64,000 nucleotides of DNA from Nitrospirales bacterium (GCA_965203295.1 CBDBCZ010000010.1:288001-352000); one strand, 5' to 3'. Shown: positions 23,944-37,322, counted from the first letter of the stretch. The notes: a model not told the origin generated them from the letters alone. Program-made: numbers and translations.

Positions 23944-26925
23944 TTAACTGGAGTTTGTTTGGCACCTCATCAGTAACTCCCACTTAGTAAGCACCTATAC
24001 ATAGAAAAAAAGGTTTCACTAAACACTATATGGACATCGTAACTACAGTATTCAAACCACTTACCTCATCCATAGTGATGCGCCGTTTGTGATTGCGCTT
24101 GAGGGTCGCCTTTATGACCTCGAGGAAGACTGTCGCCACGTTGTGCTCTATTGCACCTGCCTTGGGATCCACACTGCGGCGGAATGCATCAACGGTGGAG
24201 AGCGTTCCAGTTTCTTCGCAGTAGTCCACCTAATAATGAATACTTGTCATATACAAATGTTCTCTTCATATACTTATAGGCAAACAAAGATAACTCTCAC
24301 CAATTTCTCTTCCTCTCTTAGCTCAGAGAAAGCCAGAAGACCTGTGTATGTTTCCAGTGTGACCTATAGCATACGTATCAGAAAGAATAAATACTATCAT
24401 GCGCGAAAGAAAATAGAGCTTTCACGTACTACCCCATAGCTATAAACATCACTCTTTGTGCTGTGTCGGCCATCAGCAAACTCCAGTGCCAGGTAGCCAC
24501 GTGTACCAGCTAGTGCCATAGCCCCCGCTGCAGTAACCATGCGGGTTTCCCCAACTTGTTGGGGTAGCGGCGTAACGAAGCCAAAATCTGCCACTTAGGC
24601 GGTTAGGGTGCCATCTAGTAGGATGTTCTGACTATATGAAAAAGAAGAAAAAAACGTACATGTACAATGTACAGTATAGTGAATTAGGGATCCATGTGTA
24701 CATACGATTTGATATTGAGATGAACCAAAGGCGGGGTTAAAGAATGTAGGTGGGCAATTCCACGATCTGTCCCATTTAAAACTGCAACTCGTTCAACCCA
24801 AGTTAGTGGCAGACGAACCTGTAGCTATTAATGAACAGCATATCCGAACTTAATGACAAGCAGAATGACTATGTGTAGAACAGCTTACTTGATACTGATG
24901 GAGACAGGAGAACAGAGATATGGCCATATAAATTATGGGAAAACAAGTGCAGGAGGTGTAACACAGTATCCCATCAGGGGGACTAGATTTGGGTGGTGAA
25001 ATCTGCACAGAAAATGCGTATAGCTATAGTCCAAGATAATGTGATAGCCCTGCTAATTGTACTACATAGCTACCTAATAGTATTTATTAATCCAGTGGTG
25101 CACTGCATGCCAACCACATGGTATACAAATATAACTTATTTTAGCTTATAGAACTTGGTGTGGGTGCAACAAAGCTACCAACAGGTAGATTTATGCTATA
25201 GAGCTTTGTGTACGCTCATATTGCCCTGTGGTTGGGGCAATATTATATATAGTGCTCTGTGGTCTAGGACTTACTCACTCCTAACCATCTGCAAGCACTG
25301 ATTCATAACAGTGACTGCTGATGGTACACAGACAGCTGATTACAACAGGCACATGCTCAGTATACTGCTACCTCAGGCTGACCTCAATAATCATAAGCCA
25401 TTGGGCTACATGTACAAATCAGTTAATCTCCTGCCACCGGCAGGCTCTGCGGATTTTAGAGTACACTCATGCAATAACAATTGGAGCCCTCGGGCTTTGT
25501 ACTCCAATAATTGTTATTGCCCTCGTGTACTCTAAAAACCCATAAAGCCCTGGGTGGCATGGTTTATCTCTAATACATAGTCCACACTGGTGTATATAAT
25601 TACTTTTATCATACCTAGACAGAGTGCTGATGTTCTCTTGCAGGAGATGCTCCAAGGTAGACCCTTGTACCTAAAAATATGAGTAGATAGTAATGATAGG
25701 CATTTCTGAACTTATCGATATGACTACCTTACCCTGAATAGAAGCTTAATGGCAATTTCTGTGTGATGATAGCTGCCTCTATACACACACCCCAATCCCC
25801 CCTTCCCAATGAACTCCGTGAAGTTGTTAGCAGCCTGGATTAGTTCTTTCTCGTCAAATCGTGAAATGCAATCTGAATATACATAACGGTTGATTCTACA
25901 ATTATAGCCACTATATTATTCAATTGTGACATTTGTAAATGCAGCTAAGTAAATTCACCTTGGGCAATGGTAAGACTGGGCAGCGACAACTCAGCAGGTG
26001 ATATTGGGCCAGACGAAGATGACACTAAGCCAAGAGTTGAATGTTGGGAAGTATTACCAGTCTGGGTGTCTGCTTCCGATTCAGATGAAGTGTCTGATTG
26101 ATAAGAGAGAGTTTCGAGCATAGCGTACAAATGAAATATAATCATTCACAATATTCAAAATACCATGATGAGGCTCAGGTAGACCACCATTCTCAAAAAT
26201 CCATTCTGCCTGTAGAACATAGCACATATCATGTGTAAATACCTTGAGCTTGCAGTAAAACTATTTTGCAATAGGTATACATGTACATAGCCATTACTTT
26301 CTTATAATCAACTTGATACTTCTCTTTTATCAGAAGAATGATGGCCTCTGGAGTAGCAACATCCATGGTCCATGTAAACAGCTATTATATATGAGGCAGC
26401 CCATCAATATCACAATACCAACATTAATTGTACAAAGCTATGAAAATGTATAATAGTGTACCTTCATGTCACTGCAGCAGTATCTCTGAACCAAGTACTC
26501 TGACAGCACTGATACTTGTTCGCCACTAAGAACACCAACCAGCCTCTGTCACTTCAGTGTAGCTGCAAAGAGTGATCCAGAATTACGGTAGATTATAGAT
26601 AGACAGATACACAGAAAGGTAGGTAGATATCGGAAAAAATAATAGAAAGATAGGGGATAGGAAGCGTCCCTTCAGCCTCAGGCTCGTCTTCCAGGGAATC
26701 CTCTGTTCAGCATTGTGTAAAAACATACCTCTCCTCTTGGGTGGCCCGTGTAAACGTATCACCTGTCTCCATGAGTATACCTACATTCAGACAATTAAAA
26801 TTTGATACAAGTGTAGGATATAACTTTTCCACTTCGAAGGACCTAACCTTCCCACTTCGAATATCCTCTACAACACTAAGTACTTTGCTTTTTTCGACCC
26901 ACTCAAGTATGTCAACATCCTCCAT
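23944..26925 (-). pseudogene. IRAK/Pelle-like kinase 3 (HLN catalytic loop, stops and frameshift)
   Basis: Exons GKGGLGCVY/IAIK (about 25733-25872), FHHPNLVPLMG (stop and frameshift), [24 protein letters not shown], last exon VLTKWELLMRCQTNSS*. Confidence 0.88.
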
Positions 26926-26999
26926 CGTTTCTTTGCTGCCGATCTAGCGAAAGCGTGACGTGCTGCGCATGCGCACATCTAGCATGCACGTGTCTCTTA

Positions 27000-27189
27000 A
27001 TCACGTTCGCAGTTCTCCAATCGCGTTTGCGGTTCTCGAATCACGTCCGCGGTTCTCGAATCGCGTTCGTGGTTTTCCAATCGCGTTCGCGGTTCTCGAA
27101 TTGCGTTCGCGGTTTTCCAATCGCGTTCGCGGTTCTCGAATCGCGTTTGCGGTTTGCGATCGAGTTCAGTGCACTCAAGGACCACCGTA
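27000..27189 (-). mobile_element. IS3EU-like terminus B with 20-bp subterminal tandem array
   Basis: About 8 copies of TCGCGTTCGCGGTTYTCSAA, then GTGCACTCAAGGACCACCGTA (reverse complement TACGGTGGTCCTTGAGTGCAC). Confidence 0.75.
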
Positions 27190-28479
27190 AGGCTTTTTGC
27201 CCGGGTTGTGGCACAAATGCTGCTGTGAAAGTTCTCAACAAGGTGGGCTAGTAAACTTCTAAATATTCATAATGCAATACATGTAGAATGTGATCCTTAT
27301 CACTACATGCTAGGAGGGAGAAATTGCAGCACAGTTAAAGTTGGAGGCCTCCACTCTTACTCAATAACTAATAGTTGTGTGTATACCACTGCTACCCTTG
27401 CATGCATGATTAGTCTTGGTTAACAGATATCGCCATCCTAATGTAGTGGATTTGATGGGCTTTGTGAACACAAGTGAACCAATACACATGTCTGCTCTTG
27501 TGTTTGAATACTTGCCCAGGGGTAGCCTTTTCCATAATCTCCATAAGGTAAGCTAAAAATGCATATGAATCTTTGTACCTACCCTATCTAATTATATTTG
27601 TATCTTTTCAAGGAGCCAGGAGTAAACCTGACAATGGATGAGAGGATTAAAATCCTCATTGATGTGTGCCGAGGGCTTGCATATCTCTATGGGAGCAGAC
27701 CCCCTCTAATCCATCAGGATATGAAATCGTAAAGATACAGTATACATATAATTACTATGTGATATGCTGTGCATGTCATTACTGATATCATTAACTTTAT
27801 TTATCAGCCAGAATGTCCTCCTGACTGAATCATTTGAAGCCAAAATTGTCGATTGTGGCTTTTCCTTTGAAATACCACCGAGTAAGTCTAGGCAAACGAT
27901 GTTGACAGCACCTGTACTGGCTAGGTCAGATGGATACACCCCTCCTGAGCTAATCCATGGAAAAAATCTCCCCAAACAGCAACGTTTATAGCTATGGTGT
28001 TGTAAGTGATAATTCATGGCAATCTGTAATACACGTTAATTACTATATACAGCCACTCCTCAGGTCGTACTTGAAACTTACACTGGGCAGTTGGCATTTA
28101 ACAGAGATAGAGATGATCCAGAGCTAGTAAGCATTCACTTCAAAGAATCTATGGCACAAAATCAATTAATGGTTATGTAATGTCCGTATAGGCAGTACAT
28201 ACAGAAGACCAGAGGGCAACTACTGAAGGATTTGAGTCCTTGGTTGACAGCACCCTTCGTGTTTCAGACAGAATTGTGTTGGCACTGTTATTTAACATTG
28301 TTAAAAAGGCCCTGTTGCGTCATAGTATGAGAGCCACATCCAGTGAGGTTTGTGATGTAAAATATTTCAGTTTAACGTGGTGTTTCATTACAACTATTAA
28401 TACTATGCAGATAATGGAGCTGTGGTTGGAATATGACTGGCACACCAATACTCTGACTGCTGATCCAAGCAGTGAATGA
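27190..28479 (+). pseudogene. IRAK/Pelle-like non-RD kinase 4, 5' truncated by terminus B
   Basis: GTNAAVKVLNK, YRHPNVVDLMG..EYLPRGSL, LIHQDMKS, QNVLL..VDCG..GYTPPE (frameshift), VVLETYTG. Intron positions match kinases 2 and 3. Confidence 0.88.
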
Positions 28480-29381
28480 ACTGCTTCTACTAACTGATGC
28501 ATTTTCGGTTCTTTGTTACCTATTATCTGTCTTATGTTAGCCACTTTCAGTTTTCTTGGAATGTCCTTTTAACATCATGATGTTGACAAGGTATTGATTA
28601 AGTGTATATAAATCTCTACAATTGTTGGGGGTCAATGTCAGTGTGTGTCATGCCAAACAACTGCCGAAGTTCTTGTGATGCGGTAGCATTAAACGTAACG
28701 AAGGGAAGCGGTTGTTGACTCCTCTTGCATAGCCATAACCCAAAGTGTCTGGGTTGATGGTATGCAGGTAATCCTCTGCACCTGCATTTAACAATCATGA
28801 CCATTTTGGCAAAGGTAAATATGTACGACTATCATACCATGCAGAGATAAAAATCTCTTACCATAATGTGCTGGTATGTCATACATGTCTTGAGGGATGC
28901 CATTTGGACATTCTGCCATAGCATTCTTACGTATGCAGTGACTGTTCCAGTACAGTGCAAATTCACCAATTTCCTTTTGCAACAGTCCAGCAAAAGCAAA
29001 GGCAATGCAGTTCCTGTAGGAGTGTGCAAGCACTATATTGCTATTGCAAAATGTATGCATGTAGGCCTACCTGTGCAATATGCTATCTATCAGCATCAAA
29101 CAATCCATCAGACTCCAGACTCTGTTATAGAAATTATATAGTTATACAAAGTACAAACCATTATGGCATAATATAATGTACCTTGCAGAGATTGATCCAC
29201 CAATCTGTTTCAGTCCACCAATCTGTTTTCAGTTTGGACTACCAGGCTTTAATTCTCTGCAACAGAAGACGTGATGACAAAGCTAAAGTGAATGCTGAAG
29301 GGAGTGTTTACATGCAATAATAAACCATGCACTTGGCAGGTTTGGAGTTTCAGTACATGTAGAGGTGGCTATAATTATTAT

Positions 29382-29965
29382 CCGTAAAATCCGATAAATA
29401 ACCGCCCCCTTAAAGGTAACCGCCCCTCTAGTATAACCGATCAATTTACTGTAACAACAGTTTACTCGTGTGTAAAACCGTCTATGTAAACATAACCGCC
29501 CATAATTTACACGTGCAGCCCAGGCAGGAAATTGAATCTGTAAAATTAATAGCGTTTGCATGTGTGAATGTCTATAGCAAGCAGAGCGTGCAGCTAATAC
29601 GTAAACACGACCGCACAGAATAGCGACGAGAATCAAACTGTGAAGTCGGCGTTAGTCGTAGCGAGAAAACCCTAGCTACGGTTAGTGGAGGGTTCTAGGA
29701 ACGAGACTAAGCTACGGTAGCTAAGCTAGCGCTATTGGGCTAGTTCAGCTTGCCTGCCTGAAGGCTTCCTGCCTCAAGGGACACCAATCTACCGGGCTGA
29801 TCTCAACGCAGGGGATGTTTCTGTAAATCTGCCACGCTATTAACAGCTGTTTGCAAAAATAACCGATATGTGATATCGATTATACCCGCCCATGTAAAAG
29901 TAACCGCCCATTGAGGCTGCTAATTCTAATTATAACCGCCCCCGGTTATTTATCAGAGTTTATGG
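29382..29965. mobile_element. pogo-type MITE in a transposase-3 intron
   Basis: CCGTAAAATCCGATAAATA ... TATTTATCAGAGTTTATGG|TA imperfect TIR, with subterminal AACCGCCC repeats. Confidence 0.65.
29683..29709. mobile_element. 27-bp AcademH-type remnant with perfect 9-bp TSD
   Basis: AGCTACGGT|TAGT..CGAGACTA|AGCTACGGT. Confidence 0.7.
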
Positions 29966-30334
29966 TATATATAATGATGCACTTAAAACTTTACTTACGA
30001 TATTGGACTTTGAAGGTCCGTATGCAAAACTCTTTTGTCCAGCAAACACATCATCACCATTCAAACAAAATGCAATCTGGATGGTAGCCAAAGAAACATT
30101 CTCTGTCCCGTAATCACAACGCACTATGGCTGGACAACCTGTACAAAGAAATGCCTCATGTATGCATGCATTTTTCTAATTATTTATACGCATGCTAAAT
30201 ACCTCCAACTTATTCTACAATCTCAAGGTAATATCTTGCTATCACTTTGGGGTTATGATTGGTCGGTGCTACCTTCATCCAGAGTACATGTATCTTTCTG
30301 GAGAATCTGCATGTATAATACTCAAGCTGTAAGG

Positions 30335-31215
30335 TATGGAGTGCCGTATGTAGCAAAAATACAATACCATTGCCTATCAAAAAATTTCACTGCCAAAGAA
30401 GTTTATTGGCAATGAAATCTCAATTAGGGACATTTCATTGACTATAAAGGTAACATTATTGCCAATAAAAGGAAAAACTTTGTCAAACTTTACCATTTTG
30501 ATTGCAACGATTCTTTGCCAAAGAAAGTTCTGTAATTGTAAATGTCAGGCTATTTCCATTGCAGTAAAAATTCATCATTTTGCCTGCAGGAAAAGTGGCA
30601 ATCATTGCCAAAGAGTTTGCCTTTCCTGCTAAAGATTTCCACTGGCAATGAATGGTACAAGTTTGCCAATGGAGAGAGTTTCTTTGCCAATGTTTGCCAA
30701 TTCATTGCCAAAGATTTGGTTTTCTTTGGCAAAGATTGGGCTTTCTTTGCCAAAGGAAAGATTGCCATTGCCAAATACAGGACACTGGCAATGAATGGTA
30801 CGAGTTTGCCAATGGAGAGAGTTTCTTTGCCAATGTTTGCCGATTCATTGCCAAAGATTTGGTTTTCTTTGGCAAAGATTGGGTTTTCTTTGCCAAAAAA
30901 AAGACTTCCATTGCCAAATACAGGACACTGGCAATGAATGGTACGAGTTTGCCAATGGAGAGAGTTTCTTTGCCAATGTTTGCCAATTCATTGCCAAAGA
31001 TTTGGTTTTCTTTGGCAAAGATTGGGCTTTCTTTGCCAAAAAAAAAGACTTCCATTGCCAAATACAGGACACTGGTAATGAATGGTACGAGTTTGCCAAT
31101 GGAGCGAGTTTTTATTGCCAATGTTTGCCAATGACTGGCCCTCTTTGACAAGGTTTTCCATGTTATTGCCAAAAGATAGTCTTTTATTGCCAATACAGGG
31201 CCTTCTCTTGCCAGA
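30335..31215 (+). mobile_element. IS3EU-like terminus C with TTGCCA-rich subterminal array (143-144-bp units, about 3.4 copies)
   Basis: TATGGAGTGCCGTATGTAGCAAAAATAC at 30335. Units start at 30641, 30784, 30927 and 31071. Confidence 0.75.
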
Positions 31216-31473
31216 AATTCAATGACAATAATGTTAATTTAAACAACACCTTATCCCAAAATATGAATGACATTGTACTATTAGCAAGTACAAATTTCAT
31301 ACGTACAACAGGATAATATTGAAAATATTATGCATGACGTAATCAGTGTACAACTGAAGTGTGATAACAATCAAAACAAAGCAAACTTGGGCACTTTAAA
31401 TTATAATCACCAGCCTTCAGCTACAGTTAACGGTATAATACTACGATAAGGAGGTGTAAATCTACTGGGCACT

Positions 31474-34400
31474 TCATACAATATCCATATACCAGTATTC
31501 TTCATACTTGAGGATGTGCGAGAACTCTCTCTGAAGGTCACGATATGAGTTGTAAGTTGATGGTAGCTGCAGTGTAGCACCACAAGTTGAGGCAAATGGA
31601 CGTCGTGACAGTGATGCTGGCATTTGGTTGAAGCCTACTTGAATACACTTAACTGTGCAGACAGAACTACCAGTACAAAAGCGAAGAAAGCGAGAGAGAT
31701 CATCGGCTGTAAGGTCCATAATGAAGCGATGAAGAAATTCAAGGCATTGATTTTCCTGAGCGGTCACTTCCTCTGGACCTTCGATCAGGTCAGCAACCTT
31801 CTGATTCGTGGGAGTTAGTTGTGCATACAGAGCACACACACCTTGTGGTGTTACGGAATGCCATACTGATGGATGAGCTGCCAGCATTCCCTTTCTGAGC
31901 TCTGCCAAGGCATGGGCGGGCTTGTAAAAGAACTCTGTTTTTTCTACATTGATAAGTGCTCTCTTCAGCTCTTCTGCATTTTTTGGTATTGAATGGCACT
32001 GATAGCGTGACAGTAACGATACCACTACATCCAAGCTAGGGGGTTGTGGTGTCTTTGTACTGAGAAAAGATAACACTGCAGATTTTTCAAACCCTGACAC
32101 ATAAGACAAGAATGAATCAAGGAGGGTACCGTCTGAGCATTGAGATTCATCACTTGAAACGAGGTAAACAGCGACAGCAGGCACAAGACAAATAGGGAAA
32201 TACCCTGTCAGAATAAAGCCATGAGAAAGTATCCTCCCAATGGTGTAAAATGACTCGCTTGACAAGGGGTCAATAACCGGTGATACACCATTCACTCCTT
32301 CAAACAGCATGTCCCGAGCTTCATTCCAAAACAGGGAGAAAAGTTCACGAGATACTCCGTCGAGGTCAACTGCTTTCTCTCCCTTGAAGTTAACTTGAAC
32401 GTGACTGTCATGCAGCTGGGAATTGCTTTTGTATGCCTGGATAACTTCGCTGTAGACAAGTACCCTAGACACAGCCATTGTCACGATGCCTTGAAGACTA
32501 TCGCATGCAGATTGTCTGGCTTCATGTATAGCAGACAGCAGGGTGCTGGAGTGAGAATTAAAGATCATGCCACGTAAGTCTCAAAGGAATGGCTATTACA
32601 AATACAGCCACATTTTCAAGGCACCCAAATTTCACAGTTTTCACAGCTGCGTTAGACTACAAAATGAAGCTAGCAAAATGTTTCATGCTATGCGGTATGG
32701 CTATCAAGGATCCTTGGTGTGCCAAATGTTTAGCATGACCAAAACAGCAAAATTTACTCCTCAAAAATTGGTATACTAAGCACAAAATGGTGGTGGCAGT
32801 GGGGTGGGGAGGTAAATAAAGGGAGTGGACAACAATGGCTCACTCTGTACTATTTTGCATACATGCATATAATTCCATTCTTTTCATGCTATAAGTGAAT
32901 AATGCGTATCTGCCATTCAGTCTTCTGATGAAGGTACGTAGACATTATACCTTTCAGACAACTAAGGTAACCTATGATATAACCTAATATGATAACTAAT
33001 AGCTGCTTGCCGGCTAGCTACATACATAGATTTAGCTCATGCTATGCCATGAGCGCTCAGTACGTGTATTACTATACAGTATGATCAATGTCCTTTACCT
33101 CTGATTCTCACTGACATGTGTCACAGACACTATGGTTACATCGTCCTCTGCACTGTTCTCATTCTCGGGTTCTTCATTAGCGAAATTTGCACTTTCTGAA
33201 TCCTGTATGTAGTAACGATATAATCACCAAACCGTGACTCTAGCCCACCTCCATGATCCAACCACTAAGTGTCCACATCTTCGACTATCATTGGCAACAT
33301 GTTGCCCTTGTATGGAGTACACCAATGGGATTTATAATTGCATACCTCAGGTGAAGGATCCATGGTAATTAACACCCTTCCAGAGAGCCCAGCGCTCCTG
33401 ATGGTGGCAGTGGATGATGGGTGAAGCACACCAGTTTGTGTCCGAAGCACCACATTCACACCAGCTTCATTGGTGCTTCCAGCATAGTCAAAAATAGCCT
33501 GAGTTAAATCAAGAGGCTCTTATAGAGTGTACAGCAGTAGCATTGGTGCCTTTGATCTATACACACACAGGCTAAATTTAGACCTAACACCTAACTAATG
33601 TTGAAGTTGAATGGCTGCATGGAGCTAAAAATTGAGGGCAGGTCACTAATATGTGTGTGTGTGTGTGAGTGTGTGGATGTGGGGGGGGGGGCATAAATGA
33701 GTGATACTTAGACCCATGAATAATTAATGATGGAAACTTAAGTTCTTGGTTAGACACCAGGTGTTTAGTATAGACAGCAATGAGGGATCTAGACACCCAT
33801 GGGGGGGGGAGAACAGAGGATAAACGAAGCCCCATTGACTATAGTCTCGTGCCCAGCCCCACGTTAGAAAGTGGGTCTGGCTCCCCGTATATTCGAAGTT
33901 GGGTTAGCGTTACATCATATTACATCACCAAACGGATAGTGTCCACGTGGCCATTCGTGCAGATATCCGGATATTGCAACCGTTTAGTGATGTAATACTA
34001 TAAGTAACCAATCACATTGCCGGTCCAGATCTGGGACCGCTGACGTAATGCTGCCCCAACTTCGAATATACGGGGAGCCAGACCCACCTTCCTAACGTGG
34101 GGCTGGGCACGAGACTACATTGACTAGGGCTCCTGAGGTCAATTAACACAGTCCAAGGGTGAGGGATTTTCCCAAGGGTGGTCTACATTTAGGTCCTGAG
34201 TGCAGCTATGATCTAACCTACTTAGGCTACACAAGGTTACCGTGAATTGATTTTCAAGTGGGTATTAAAAGTGTTATGTACACAGGTATCTAACTGACAC
34301 CAACACCTTGTTTGTAGTACACCAGCATGCACTCAGGATCTAACAGACATAGACACCCTTGGAAAATTCTTCCCCACGGGTGTCTATGTCAGTCAGATCC

Positions 34401-36643
34401 CTCTTGTGTAATCTATCCTACACATAGAGTACCAACCTTCAAAAGGTTGCTGCTGAGGAATTGGCGTTGCATAGTGGATCCAGATGGAAGACGAAGCCTT
34501 ATGGTAACACACGAACTACCAGATTCAGCAGGTTCAGGTGGCACCTTCTCTCTCCGCACCTTGCGTAGCTAAAAAAGTTACAAACAAAAACTGTGATACA
34601 GAGTCATAATTCACTATGGAATTAACCATCATACAACAGTTCTTTTTCCCGTTAAAATGATTGATGTACTTTCATACAAACTTCCTAATCACAGTAATAC
34701 TTACATTCTCAAGATATTGCTGCCTTGTTTGAATAATTTCATCTTGATACTCTTGCTTCCTGCATCTTTCCTCCTGCATATGAAAGGAATAATCAAAAGA
34801 AGTTGCAAACTTCATTTAAGCGTTGCAACAATACCTCGTGCATTTGCGCATGTCTCTCCATGTCTGATAGCATGACCCTTCTCCCACACTCTGGGCACAA
34901 GTCAGTCCTCGCTCCACAGTATTGAACATGGTCATCATATTTGTCTTGGGGAAACTCCAGTTCACAGAAGGAGCACACCTACAGATATAGAGCATTCAAG
35001 TATAACGACAGAGAAATACTGTATGCAAGCGGAGGTGTGCCATGATGTACGTAAACACTAAATTAGCAGGCCATGATTGACAACATACCTGAAGTGCGCT
35101 GCATTGGCCTCGAGTATTTTGAACATTTACATCGGCTGCCTAATATGAAATAAAGATATGGTTTAGCATGCTATACGGAAACCCGGGAATGACTATGATG
35201 CTGTATAGTAAATAAATTACTGACACTCACAGGCCTTGTCTGGGAGATGGCAATGGCGGTGCCTGAACTATTACTGCTTACAACAGCTGTAGGCTAAGGG
35301 AGAGAAGGTGGGAACATAAAAACCTCAGTAATGATTTACTCAGGCATAGGAAATAAATATATTGAGCTAACCATGCTAACGGTAGCAGCAGGTGCAGCAG
35401 AAGCAACACACTGAGGCGTAGGGAGAGCATGTGGGGGGTAATATGGCATCTGCCAACAGTAGGGTGGTGACATTAATGGGTGTGGCATGAACGGCAAGTG
35501 TTGCTGATAGCTTGGCACAGCAGGCTGCTCAATAGTCCTGCAAAACAAAGTAGTATTAAATGTACATAGTCTTGTCCCCAATGTTGCTAGTGAATACCTG
35601 TTTGCTTGGACTTGCTCAGAAGTTGGAGTTGTTTGCTTTTCTGCTTCTTTTTCTTCTTCCTTAGGATAAAAAGCAACCATACGTTTACAGGCTGTGAAGG
35701 GATGTCAAGGCTCACAAGAACTTACTTCCAATTTGGACTCCAACTCCTCCACACAGATGGGCACAATAGGTCGTACGTAAAGCTTGCTCTCTTTCACTGC
35801 TCCCTTCAATGCCCTGGGCGTAGTTAGGCCACGAGAATCTGCATGCTCAACAAGGGGTACTAGCTGTTTCCGATCTGCTTTGCACAAGGTGTAGCACGGT
35901 CTGCCTGAAACGATACCTGGCACTTCAGTGGTCTCGAAGTCTTCATCATCCTTATCTGCTGGTATGCTAAGGCTCTCACGAAGTGCTGGGAAGTGCTCCA
36001 TCAGATACTTATGAAACCGCTGACCACTCCAATTCAGAGGAATTGGCTCCAAATCAGCAAGACGCCCAAGACCACAACATGTAAGACGATCGAGTCGAGC
36101 TACACTTGGGAGAACCCTGACAGTAGGCTTGTCGAGACAAATGATGTCACGCACTTTCCACAACTTTCTCTTTTGGACCTGAACTGCTGTACTGCCTTGT
36201 CTCTGTTGGGACGGTTGACCTATGGCTGACACTGATGGAAACCTGTGGCGAAGCTCGGCAACAAACGCAGAATCAATTCCTTGAGATTGCCTTCCTGCAG
36301 CCCTGGCATTGACTACTGATGTCAGCAGGCTTGAGGAACAATCAGTAGTGCTGCTGCTATTGCCAGCCAGAGGATTTGGAGTAGCCGGTTGATTAGATAG
36401 AGAGGAGTCAGCTTGGGGCACAGCAGTAGGGCCTGGCCACCAGGAGGGAGACGGCATCCCCCCACCAAAGGGGTAGGGGGGTGGCGGATAAGCTAAACTA
36501 CCGTAGGCAGACCCAGGGAAATAGCACGGTGGCACAACTTGCCGCGGTATGCTACCTGCCACGCTTGAAGCAACAAGCAGTCTTGAGAATGGGGCTCCAG
36601 GATGGATCCAAGGATACGGTAGCTGATGCGGTGGGTCAGCCAT
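31474..36643 (-). CDS. HECT E3 ligase 2 with N-terminal domain, TRAF-type zinc finger and UBX domain
   Basis: Open HECT exon (FKGEKAVDLDGVSRELF..FLRFCTG..PFASTCGATLQLPSTY), UBX-like exons (IRLRLPSGSTMQRQF; AIFDY..TIRSAGL), Zn-finger exon CSFCELEF..HVQYCGARTDLCPECGRRV..H, first exon from ATG 36643. Confidence 0.85.
33842..34117. mobile_element. AcademH-type MITE, TIR of about 70 bp, 9-bp TSD
   Basis: CATTGACTA|TAGTCTCGTGCCCAGCCCCACGTTAG ... CTAACGTGGGGCTGGGCACGAGACTA|CATTGACTA. Confidence 0.9.
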
Positions 36644-37001
36644 TGCGCTTCTGCACATGCAACTCACAAAACGCAAATCATCACCACTAACAATGCCACG
36701 CGGTAAACTAATGTGCATGCGCACATAATTTTAGCACGTAATGTGTAATGAGTTCGACAGAACGGTGAACTGACATAACTGTTACACTTTGGCTTGTTTA
36801 ATGTGTTGTTGCATCATGCGTTTTTAGATCATTCAGCCTTTAACCCATGCATTGCATCATGCGCCCTGCTGCACCTTAGTATACATTATCACACTTATGT
36901 CATCCCTTCTGTATACATGTACCCTAGCTGACCTGTAGCTTGGATCCAATTATCCACTTATGTTTTAATTGGGTTCCTAAGTGTATGTTGTGTTAAATAA
37001 T

Positions 37002-37322
37002 TGCAAGTGTGACACATTACGTGCTGTGTTGGCTATGCTAAAGTGTATACAACACATTCATTGTCATAGTAACACCACATAAATGTTATTTTGGCACAAT
37101 TTGTTTTTGCAAAAAAATACGAAGTTTTTACAAATTTGGTTGTAAATATGGAGATGCTTTGCTACTCTGACACATTAATGCAAGTGTGACACATTACATG
37201 CTGTGTTGGCTATGCTAAAGTGTATACAACACATTCATTGTCATAGTAACACTACATAAATGTTATTTTGGCACTTTGTTTTTGCCAAAAAATAAGTAGT
37301 TTTTACAAATTTAGTTGTTAAA
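37002..37322. repeat. Tandem duplication with a period of about 177 bp
   Basis: TGCAAGTGTGACACATTAC..GTTTTTACAAATTT at 37002 and 37179. Confidence 0.85.

Larger units (their letters stand above)
28537..30310 (-). pseudogene. IS3EU-like transposase 3, exons 7-12
   Basis: FSRKI..WMKVAPTNHNP, GCPAIVRCDYGTEN..YGPSKSNI, RIKAW*SKL, YWNSHCIR..CPNGIP; stops and frameshifts. Confidence 0.88.

Noticed and set aside
27000..27160. CRISPR-like appearance of short repeat arrays (also 38870-39150 and 50812-51060)
   Set aside because: The units are contiguous tandem repeats without unique spacers, there are no cas genes, and the context is eukaryotic.
30542..31193. Several overlapping ORFs of 74-163 aa
   Set aside because: They are translations of the TTGCCA-rich 143-bp array; the frame shifts between units.
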